Source: Paramecium tetraurelia
Lineage: Eukaryota
Direction: 5' to 3'
Length of the DNA: 64,000 nt
Assembly (NCBI GenBank): GCA_000165425.1
Contig: CT868003.1
Location: 124,001 to 188,000, forward strand
The notes beneath the pieces were generated by a model. It made no database searches. It saw only the letters and a program-made list of their open reading frames with translations, and was not told where the DNA came from. The position numbers and the translations under genes are program-made. How positions within the stretch are numbered: position 1 is the first letter of the stretch; each line of letters opens with the position of its first letter. Positions 39,204-50,118 of this stretch are shown piece by piece.

Positions 39204-39531
39204 ATCATCCTGATAAAGAATAAAAACTTTAGACTCAACTTTATTTATTTTAAAGATATACATTTATAAAATTAATTTGTACATTGTTTATTTTACATCT
39301 ATATCTTTATCTGAAGACAGATTCTTAAAGAGGAAATTTACTTTTTATAGAATTTAACATAAAAATGAATGTGTCTCATAAATTGTTTTGGAATTCAAAA
39401 TATTATTTTTCCTAAAATATTTAAAAAAAAAGAAAAGTCTTTAAAAATACATATGTATTCTATAATGATATTGATCATCAATGAAATTAATAGAACAGTA
39501 AATAATTGTTAAAATCAAAAGAAAATATTAT

Positions 39532-42074
39532 TCAAATTTATTAAACTCTCTAGTGTTATTTTCTTCTTTACTGTTCATCAGGTAATGGAAGCTATGGTTT
39601 TGATTCTAAAGGCTATAAATTAACATCTAAGAATTAAGCTGGAAAGTACTTTTCTTATTTGTTGGCGGTGTAGCCTATGATAAATTGCTGTTGTTTGTAT
39701 TGCTATTAAAACCATATTGACTATTGAAATTAGGCACTGTATTTCCACGATTATCAATGGGACTTAAGATTACTTTTGAATTAGGTTTTTTCTCATTAAA
39801 CTACGGATTGGAGACTTCATTCGAGTAACGTTACTTTCCTTCTTTTTCTTCTAGCATCTAATAATTCATTTTTATCTTCTCAGCCACCAATTATGCTCTA
39901 TCTAATTGAGGTTAACTGGTTCCATTTTATTTTTGTTGAGATTCTAAATAGTGACTGAAATAGTACCTTTTCTTTGAGGCATTGGAGAAGTCATTCTCTA
40001 ATTGTATTCAGAATCATTGTAACTATTTTTATCTGTTTATCGAGAATTAATTTCAAGCATTCGATCAGCCTTTTCTTGCTCAATTAAATCGATGGCTGGA
40101 TTAAATGTGAATAATTACCTTATTTATATGGCAGATTAGGAAAATTGACCTTCTTTGCTTTAAAATTGAATGGAGGAATCTTATATTCTTAGGAATCATC
40201 ATCCCATTCGCACGCTGCTTGAAGAGATTCCAATTCAGTTTGATTGAACATCATTTTAACTATGCCAGAATACAATTTAATTTCTTTCTCCTAACTTCTA
40301 ATAGTATCCAAAAGATCTTCTTTTTCATATTCAACCTCTTGTTTCAGATCTTTTTATTCATTTTAAGCCTCTTCCAATTTCTTCCTCAAGTACTTGACAA
40401 GCTTCCTCAATTTATCAACTTCCTCTTAGACATTTTGATATTTAGTTTCAATTTACAAAAGCTCCTATTATTGTTATTCTTATTAAGTAATAAGTGCTTC
40501 ATGCTCCTTTTTCGATTGATCAATAGCTTGTCTCAATTTTTTATATTTCTTTTTCTCATCTTCAGTACCTTTTCCACCTTACACCATCATTTGTTCCTTT
40601 TCCTTCAATAAATCTTCCAATCTTTTCCTTGCTTAACGCTCCTATTCTGCTTAGTACTCTTTTTCCTTTACTTCCAACTCAAATCTCTCTTTCTCTTGCA
40701 ACAACTAATTATTTTTCTCTTTAAACTCGTGTAATTCTTTAAGTTTCTCCTCCGATGGGCCACCACCTGCAGCTGAAACTTATTGTTTACTCCTCTCTTT
40801 CAATCTATCATTCTCCTCTTTCAATCTTGCAAGTTCTTAATTATTCCCTGAATTCCCAGCAGGTTATAAAATATCAAAGGATATTGGTTAACCTGCTGCT
40901 TATTTTGACAGCATTTCTTTTAGTCTTTTGATTTCTTCAGCCTACTCTTTTAATAAAGCATCTTTTGGATCTTCATTTACTTTAGGTTGATTTTTGATCA
41001 TCTTAGCTCTTGAGGCATATCTTAAACTAGATAAAGTTTCATCAAAGTTAAAATCAGAAGGGCTGATAGCTGTGATCATTATGGTTTTTGTGTTTCCGCC
41101 CAAAGAATCCTATAGTAACCTAGTTAATTTAGAATCTCTGTAAGGAATATGCTATGTTTTGCCATCAACAAGGGCTGATATGACATTTCCCAAAGCAGAA
41201 AGTGATAAATTGATTTTAGTTGCTTCTTTTAATCTGTCACCTGTTGCTTGTGTTTTTGATTACCTTTCACTACCTGCCAAATCCACTAAGTTTAATTTAC
41301 CAGCAGTGATTCTCTCATTTCCTTTTGGATCTGTAACAGAACATTCTATGTATACAGTGAAGATGCAATGACTACGACTAGATTCCTTGTTCATGGCAGT
41401 TGCTCCAACTGATCTGTTTTATGTACCCAATTACATGTATCGATCCATTTCTTGGGTTGTCCTAACCACTGCTATGTTTAAATCCTTAATAAACACGCCT
41501 TGTTATCCCTCTTTTAATTCATATTTCTGCTTCACGTCTTTGCTTAATAAATCATGTATTTCTTCATTGTAAATTTCTATGTATGAACATCGAAGTAGAA
41601 ATTTTTTGTTTGTGTCTGAGTTATTATTGATAATGCTGATGATTTAATCAAAAGTTCTGGGGATGATTCCCTTCATCGTTTCCTAATCATGAATAATATT
41701 ATTACATTTGATGGATCTCCAATCATAGTGAAAGTTTTACCACAACCTTTATGATAATTGAATATTAATACCTGTTTAACCATATGCGAATATTGTTCCA
41801 TTGTAACCATCAGCTACACTCTCCACCAAATTGAAAGCAGTCTTCTAATAAATAGATAATTGAGGTGTTTCTGCCCCAAACACGTAATCATATGTATACG
41901 ATTTTACATCATTATCTTATGTCTAGAATACGAATGTTTAAAAAACCATACATTTCGCAATTCCACAGTGTTGGTGTCTTCATAAACTATAACACATGGC
42001 TTGCTTCCATTCTCCTTTTCTCTTTGATTGAATGGACGCATTCTTACAATAACTTTGACACATTCAGCTGGCAT
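39532..42074 (-). CDS. Kinesin-2 family motor (KIF17/OSM-3/KIF3-like)
   Basis: [65 protein letters not shown]; kinesin-2 neck [14 protein letters not shown]. Confidence 0.95.
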
Positions 42075-42921
42075 TTTTTTATATTTTATTAATCAATAAT
42101 TTAGTAACAGTTGACAATTGAAATTTATAATTATCATTTCACAGTTTCATCAATTCTACCGCATCCATCAAAATAACAATCAAGTCTCACTTTCTTTTCA
42201 CTATCACATTTCAGCAAGTCATTTTAGTCTTGTCTACACTATCTCTCTATTCAATATTTTATAACTTTATCATTTTTTGCAAATTATTGTTTCAGGCAGC
42301 ATTAATAATTATAACTATAGTAACTAAACAGTTACTCCTAATTTAAACTGTATATTTAATAGCTTCATAATATAAAGGTGTTATGATGAAAGTTTTCAAA
42401 CTATTATATTATCATATTCTCTCTAGTATTTATAACTACAGATTTTTTATTTAATAATAATTATTTCTCATACTTCTATGTTCCTTTATTTAACTCTTTT
42501 TATAATCAATTATAATATGTAATCATAATTACCATTTTATGATATCAATCTCTTAAACATTCTATTATTCAAATTTGTGAATTAAGAATTTATATTTCAA
42601 AAAACATACAAATTCTTGAATCAATTAAAATTTATTCTTAATTGTAAAACAAACACTATTAATCATATTAGATTACTAAGAATTTATTATAAGCAATGAT
42701 ATTCAGTTTTACATTATTTTATTTTCAAGTAAATGCAAGAATTCATTGAATTATTTATTTTTAATGAACCATTGAATCGTAGATTAGGTGAATCAATGCT
42801 TATATACATGAAAGTTTAAATTTAAATAATATAAACAAAAAATCACTTTCTAGTTTCAATAAGTTATCCCATAATATTAATTAATTTTAATTAAAGCTTA
42901 TTAGTATTTAAGAATTATGTT

Positions 42922-42997
42922 ATAATTATATGAGGATAAACTCGGTCTCGTTCGTCTGAGATTGATGAATCAAACGTCGCTATTCTGATCAAATTAT
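42922..42997 (+). ncRNA. Double-guide box C/D snoRNA
   Basis: Box C ATGAGGA 42930-36, D' CTGA 42956-59, C' TGATGA 42963-68, D CTGA 42985-88. Guides GGTCTCGTTCGT (antisense to SSU ACGAACGAGACC) and AACGTCGCTAT (antisense to LSU ATAGCGACGTT). Terminal stem ATAATT/AATTAT. Confidence 0.85.
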
Positions 42998-43173
42998 TAA
43001 TTTTTACTATTTATCAATTCTATCTCTGATAAATTATTTTAAGTAAACAAAGAATAAATAATTATATTTATATAATTTCAGGGTTCCCTCTTTCTATATT
43101 CAAATATTATCCATAAACATTAGAATTCGAATTATCTATAAGCATACCAAAAATCCATTCAATATATTAAATT

Positions 43174-43307
43174 AAGTAAATTACCTATACATTATGAGTA
43201 ATCATTTACTACTACTAGCATATTGCATATTAATTTACTTCACAGAAACCTCACTATTTCATATATCTTTGGAACTACTTTTTTGTGCAAATAGAAAAAA
43301 AACAATC
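43174..43307 (+). ncRNA. Candidate H/ACA-like small RNA
   Basis: Perfect 10-bp stem AAGTAAATTA/TAATTTACTT (43174-83/43231-40), H-like ACAGAA 43242-47, second stem CTATTT/AAATAG, ACA at 43302-04; no target identified. Confidence 0.3.
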
Positions 43308-43427
43308 TTCTATATCTCGGATATATATAGAATTATCATAATCTTTCAATAAACTCAAAACATCTTAAATTTACTTTAATCAAAATTTCTCTAATCAATC
43401 AATCTAATTACTTTTCCAATAAAAATA

Positions 43428-43441
43428 TAAAACCCATAAAA
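43428..43441 (+). promoter_or_regulatory. Ciliate snRNA/snoRNA-type upstream element (AAACCCATAAA)
   Basis: TAAAACCCATAAAA; related CCATAA cores at 42869 and 43111 precede the two RNA candidates. Confidence 0.35.
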
Positions 43442-43632
43442 GTATAATAATTTTTGATATAGTGTTAGAATTTATTATAAAAAATGAAATAACTTTCGAA
43501 AATATCACAAAATTACAAACTTATTCAAACTTTACCACCATTAGATTAACATTCTATAAAATGGTTGAACTCTCGAATTTACTTAAGTAAAATAATAGGT
43601 AAATACAAATAATAATAATATTTGTTATATTG

Positions 43633-44598
43633 TCATTCCTTTTTATCCTTTTTGGGGGGTTCTTCTTCTAAAGGTTTTGTAGCTCCACAACTCCAGGACC
43701 TTTTAATGGACGTCATTTGTTTAGTAGTCAGAAAAACAGATCTTCTCCTTTGAATCAAACTATTAGTTCGCTTTCTGGGGTTTAATAAATTGGAGATTAC
43801 TTATTCTCTTGTATTATAGAGGCAGAATGGATGATTTCCCATTTCTTTTCTTAATTCTTTTATAATGTGGAATCTTTTCTGGTTGCTGCAGTTTCATCTT
43901 CCTCATGTATTATTTGTTTGATTTGAACTACAAAGGAAATTACGGAATGCTTACCTACTTATTCATGTAATTCAATTTATTTTTTCTTATTGCTATTACC
44001 AGATTTTTGAGATTGCAGATCAATTTCAGGTTGACTGAGAGAATGTGTCAATTTGGATTTACGCCTTCTTTCAAGACGCATTTGGAATGCATCTGATTAA
44101 TTGGCAATTTCATTTTTGATGAGACTCTCAATTTTCATGACTTAATTTGTGTGACTGTCAACAATTCCTTTAACTTGAGCCTCAATCACAAAATGAATAG
44201 AATACCTCTTTGGATTCAGTTTGACTGTAGATGAGATCCAGTTCGATCCTTTTGGTTTATTCTTGAAATTTGGCTCTTTTGACTTGATTGTCATCTTTGG
44301 GTTTTTGGGATTCCTCGAATTTGTTGGTTGCATTAATGAAGGTGGGCTTTAACATCAAGGCATTAAGTTTTCTCTAAAAGTATAGGTGTCTTCTATCCTT
44401 GATGGATTCATAATATTCTACTCCTTCCTAGATGGGATGATGCAAGATGATTACCATATAGAGTGAGATCAAATCTTGTATGAGTTCAATTTAAACTTGA
44501 TCATTCAATTCGATTTCCATTTCAAGATTGAGAATTTGATCTGCGAAATTCTTGGGCAAGGACTTTTTAGTGAATTTCTCCTATCCGAATTTAAACAT
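43633..44598 (-). CDS. Uncharacterised coiled-coil protein
   Basis: MFKFGQEKF..LPKNFADQILNLEMEIE..LISLYM|GVEYYES..YFQRKL..QSDAFQMRLERRR...KDKKE*. Confidence 0.75.
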
Positions 44599-44629
44599 TT
44601 ATTAATAAAATTATATAAATAAATGATCA

Positions 44630-46049
44630 TCATACCTATTGACTTTGATTTAATGTATCAAAAGCATTTTGGACATCCTTCTTAATCTTTAACCTCCTAT
44701 ACCCACGTTTGCATTATTTGATGGTTTCCTAACACCCCAACAGCCACAACAATGATCCTTCGATCGCCCATAGCACAAATGAAAATGTTATTGCTACAAT
44801 ATCCAAAGCTCTTTGATTTTCAATTTGATCTGCAAATCTACCATAAACAGTCTGTATTGATCTTAAATTACTACTTCTTCATCTTTAATGCACTACATCC
44901 CCCAAAGTTAATCCAAACTATCTAGCAATTGCTTCCCATAATCTAAATTAACAAATGATAAATAGGTCATTGTGCAAGATAATGCAAGTCTCAGCAAGTA
45001 GTCCAAATACGTTAGAGTCTTGAAACTCAAAGGGCCTGCATACATACACAAATACTACCGACACATCTAAAAATATATGGGATCATGGGTATCCCATAAT
45101 TGCAGATTAATAAATAGGCAATCACCAATACGAAATTTGCATATTCAGTCTATCTATAACTTAAAAGTGTATCTTGCTGTTTCTGAGCTATCAAAAACAT
45201 TTCTCCATTACATTACTGATTCCAAAAAGGGTATTGCTTATAAAACAGAGCTATTTAGGTATTATAAATACTTTTTGTTCCATCTGAATCAATGAAGATG
45301 TCTCCAGCATTATTTATCTAAAAGTATAATTGATCTGTAATACTATTCGCCTCAACGTACTCCTTGTCCAATTCCAAACAGGACTGAGGTTATTAATCTA
45401 AATTTTCGTCATACTCTACTTCTGGCTAGGCATTAGTTTCATTTTTAGTAGCGCAAGGTATATATGAATCTATACGAATGAGACTAATAGGCATATTCTA
45501 ATTGTTGGTTTCTTTGTTGGTTGTTATCACCTAGATTTTTCCATCATTCATTTCGAGTGATATACTATTGATTGGACAAGTCAAGTCAGAATCTATACAA
45601 AAATACATCTGGTCTATTCCGCAATCCTTCATGTTCCTATCTTCACATGTCTCTGTGGAAGTGACAGTTTAAATTACGTTTTGTTTTATTTATTGTCCAC
45701 ACAAAATAAAGGCAGTTTCGTATTCGGTAGTACTCCAATAGTGAAAGGTTTCTGGAGATTGCTTGGGTACAAGTTCTCCCTTTGAATTTTAATGCTCCTT
45801 GGTCCCAGGCCAATCGAAGGAGGTGAGTAATACCCAATCTTCTGGACATTCACTTGAAGAGTAAGCTTGAATGGAGGAGAATGGATATTATTCCCAAGCC
45901 CACATTTCGTTGATAAAAGCATATTGCCTATTTTATAAGGATTTATCTCCATCCACCGAGGCTAGCCAAAAGAAATAAAAGAACAGTATTCTGCAACAAA
46001 CATTGGCCAATAGCAGAGTCACTCTTGTTGCTTTATTTGCAGTATTCAT
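44630..46049 (-). CDS. Multi-pass membrane protein with Cys-rich ectodomain
   Basis: N-terminal TM, W..YP...CPEDW..FDWPGT..W..LCG..C..CG..C..CPINSI, C-terminal TMs. Confidence 0.75.
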
Positions 46050-46141
46050 TATAAAAGTAAATAATTAATTTTTGGAAGTTAATCTTTTAATAAATAAGAA
46101 CAAAAACATATTTTATTCATTATATCTGTTGTTTATTCTGG

Positions 46142-47393
46142 TCATAGAAAGATTATAATGCAAGTTATATCGTCTCTTGCTAAACTATTCTAAAATTAAA
46201 TCTACATTCTTACTCTTCTCCATGCTTAGATAGCTTCACTCACAACTTTCTCCGCAGCATGTTCCGGATTATCCTTCTCAAAGTATGGGATCACTAAACT
46301 CATCACCTAATTACTAAACTAAATACCTCTTCATTGCTCATGTATTCCCAAACTCCATCAGAAGCCACAATGATAAATTGGTCATGATTAGTCAAAGCAA
46401 ACTCCTTTATTTCTGGAATGGCTGTTACACCTGCCTAAGCTCCCACCTTATCTCCAAAGGATCTCGACATTGCTAAACCCGGGGCTTGTATGTATTGCAG
46501 CCAAACTCTGAAAGGTCCTATGGGATTCCCGTGATAATCTAAATATTAAAGTGATTATACCTCTCTACTATTCAACTCTACCTCCAGCATCTATAATATT
46601 CTTTATTTCCTCAGGATCATCAGGCTTATGATCTCTTGTTAATGGTACGATTTACCAAACTTAATCGAACTTACATAGAATTGCTCTTGAATCACCAACG
46701 TTTGCTGTGTAGATCTAAAAAGGATAGTGTCAAATTATTTGTATTACAATATCTTTTGTGATTAGAACTGATGCAGTTGTAGAACCAGAAAGATTTGTGT
46801 CTGTATCTGAGTTCCATATTTCTCTATTTGTAATTGTAAACGCTCTGGCTATTTGCAATTTAGTTTCGCCTTGATTATCTCCCAAATACTTGTGCAAATG
46901 TTTAGGGAGAGTTTATTTAATAAAATTAGACACATGATGGCCATTCAGACCGTGTCCATCTGAAACTGCAAACAACTTATAACCAATACTATCGTGTAAT
47001 CACATATCTATACTTCTCAAGAACTTTAGGGCAAATTATGGCAGAATCCTAATTGATTTTTGTTGCCTTGTTAATTTGACATCCTGCCTTGGTTCTCATT
47101 GCATAAATTGCTGTTTATCTCCTCTGATATTTTGGTGTTATGGACTTTCTTATCTCAATCTTCTTACGTTAGAGCTAATCACTTGCTGCCAAATGATTTT
47201 ATAACTAAGGTAGTCGCAGCTATTTCTATTTCTCTGTAAACACACTACTCTACTCGATCATTCTGATCTGTGGTAAGAAGAACTTTGATTTATTGTTAAA
47301 GTCAGCACTTTCAGGATATCGTCCAGCTATCTATAATGGTTTAAGACGATAATCCTTTCTCAGATTATTCAGAGATTACGATTAATGGAACAT
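46142..47393 (-). CDS. Protein phosphatase 2C (PPM family)
   Basis: NQDS, FAVSDGHG, SGST, ANVGDSRA, DHKP, GLAMSRSFGD, VASDGVWE, RDDIT. Confidence 0.95.
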
Positions 47394-47419
47394 ATAATTT
47401 AATATATTTAATTAACTCA

Positions 47420-47833
47420 TCATGCTTCATTATTGCTTAGTTTCTCTATCAAAATTCTTTGGTCCTATTCCACCTTCTACAGACTATCCAGTTCGATCTA
47501 ATATCTGTCCAATTCAGCCTTTCTTTCATTCAAAATATTTGATAACTCCATCAACTTCTTCTTTCTATTTTCCTATTCTGTTTCCACTTTATTACGCTAG
47601 ATAACCTACACACTCAATACCTCTCCTATTGCTCTCAACTTCTCAATCTCTATTTTTTTTGAATATTCCTCCAGTGTCTCATTCAAATTTTGAACCACCT
47701 CGTCCAAAGCAAGCACCTTCTTGATAAAATCCATGCTCTCTATCTTCAACTGCTCTGTCTCTCTGTACTTCTCAGCATCCAACACTCTAATTTTGTTCTA
47801 CTCATCAAAAGTAATTGAAATCTCTTCTGTCAT
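47420..47833 (-). CDS. IFT20: Intraflagellar transport protein 20
   Basis: ITFDEQNKIRVLD...IEKLRAIGE|RN...EKKAELDRYQIELDSLQKVEQDQ; one 24-nt intron. Confidence 0.9.
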
Positions 47834-47844
47834 TATTAATAATA

Positions 47845-48576
47845 ATGAATTTGTAATGTGAATAGCCTTTTTAATATAAAAAACTTAGATCCCAATCCCT
47901 CAGTCCTTATAACAATTCCAACTTTATAAAGCAACTCAAAAAATCACTACACTACCCTCCCCAGAAGACTATGGAATTACAATCTTTTGAGTACCTGCAA
48001 AACCAAGAATAAATCGAAACCAATATAATTGGCTCAGGTAATTAACAGCTTGTAACTTACATAAGATTCTATGAAATACTATTGCAAAACCATTAAAAGC
48101 AGAAAGAACTCATTAATTTTTGAAACAGACTCTTATCCCATCAATGAAAGTGCCTAATAAAGTGTGGCAATCAATTAATTTAACCACTGCACTCCTAAGG
48201 TTATAATAGTTAAGAACTTGTAACAAAAAATAACCAGGAGAAAACAACCACCCACTAACCCTATCAATCCTCAAGATTGTAACGATGAAGAAACCATACA
48301 ACATAGTATCGTAGTTTAAAGTCAAAATAATGGATCAACAATTGAAACGAAAAGAGAAAACATTACCATCCTACCCCAAATAAAGAAATCCAAAATCTTA
48401 ATGGGAGAAGAATAACCAATCAAGAGATCAGCAAGATACGAATAATTAATGGTATTAAAATGCTAAATTAGAAAAAAACCTGTGATGACCAACTCCATGA
48501 ACTACAATCATTAATAAAGAAAATGTAAAAATAGCCAATTATTAAGAAGGAGAAAAAAGTAACCTTTCTTATTTGA
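47845..48576 (+). CDS. Uncharacterised disordered protein ending in an RVxF-like motif
   Basis: MNLQCEQPF...; two introns (28 and 20 nt); ends KKEKKVTFLI*. Confidence 0.65.
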
Positions 48577-48784
48577 AAATACATTTATTATTATTATAAC
48601 TTACTAACAATAGAATGTTATTTTAAATCACATTCAACTAATTCAGAGGTTGATCTCCTTCATCATATTTTAACCATTTTTTTTAATCTACTAAATTATT
48701 TAATTTTTATAATTAAAATATAATTAGTATATTAATCTAGTGATGAAATGATTAAAAATAAAATCCAAAACAAAATAAATTAAA

Positions 48785-50007
48785 TCATGTCTATTGAGTA
48801 ATAGAATCCCTCAAATTATTTGTGACCCTTATTGTACTCTAAATTTTTAAACAACATTATAAGCAAGTTTCTTTGATTTTTTCAATCGAATCGGAAACTA
48901 ACTTATTTATATCATTTTCCTCCTTCTAATAATAATTATCCTCAGTTAAAATCACTTCATCATTATAAATTGATTTGCTTAACACATCTACATTATCTAG
49001 TATTTCCTTTTGTGATTAGTTTGCCCAATTTCTTCCCATCGAACGAATTATTTTATTTACAGAGCCATCAATGAAATTGCAAAATTCCTTAAGACTCTAT
49101 GTTAATTCCTCATTTTTTTATTGACTTGTGCTATGTATGAGATCTAGCTATTATATTATGGTCGATTAATTTTCTTAATGCCTTTATTAAATAGATAGTA
49201 ATTTGGATTTTTTAAGTTCCTCATACTTTTTCCATTTTTCAATTACTCTGATCAAAGAAGTATAAGGGATAGTATTTTATTCAATGCAATAAATGCATGC
49301 TAATCTATTCTCTTTTGCTCTTTAAGGATTCAAATCAAATGCTATAATTTCTGTCTTATGCTTTTAACAAAAGATCTTTAGCCCAGGAGTTGCCTAAGAC
49401 TTAAATATAAAAACAATACAATAAAGTTTTCATCTGAAGGCTCCAACTCTGATTTATACCAAATCAACGCTTATACTTCATCCTTTAATTCATCTAAGTA
49501 CTTTAAATATGAATCCATCTTTAAATTGCTCTCCATTTTAGTTATTTATGAATTTATTGCTGTGCGAAAACTGGAAAATTGTTGCTCAAGTAATTTTTGG
49601 GCTTCCTCAATTTTATCAAAATTATAGATATCTATAAATTTTATATTTTCTTCTATTTATTTTTAGACATTCTAAAGTCTCTTTATCTCATTCTCGATAG
49701 TACTGTTAATTTCATCTAAAGTAGTAGCAAGAAGATTTTTTAAAGCTAAAATGTTCTCAGAAAATTATTTTAACACTTCAATATTTTGCTTCGTTAAATT
49801 TTGAGTTTTTAATTCGAATTCAGATTTCATAGTGATTATCCTTTCTTAAGCATCAGTATTGGTATGAATGGCTCTGTCATTAATCTTTAACACGAGACAT
49901 TTGCTGCAAAAGTATCGGTTCTATTCATCACATTGCAAATTAAGACTTGTTGCTATTACATTTTCATCGTGCTGTTAGCATTTTCTATTAGAAATTTAGT
50001 TATCCAT
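48785..50007 (-). CDS. Two-zinc-module coiled-coil protein lacking WD40 (paralog of the adjacent gene)
   Basis: CQQHDENVIA..RYFCSKC; TPGLKIFCQKHKTEIIAFDLNPQRAKENRLACIYCIE..YTSL..EKW; TGA 48785-48787. Confidence 0.8.
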
Positions 50008-50118
50008 TAATTCAATAAGATTTTAGATATATTAAATAATTTTTCATAATCCTCTGTAATATTTAACAATTGATATATAATTTAGGTAGTTTATACAATA
50101 TTTATAAACAATAAAATT

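Noticed and set aside
42730..42850. Two-hairpin structure with an AGATTA H-like box
   Set aside because: No terminal ACA at the right place, and the stems are almost purely A/T.
39532..47833. Ciliary gene cluster (kinesin-2, IFT20, and the SHIPPO gene further upstream)
   Set aside because: The genes are separated by unrelated ones, and ciliary genes are common in ciliate genomes, so proximity is expected by chance.
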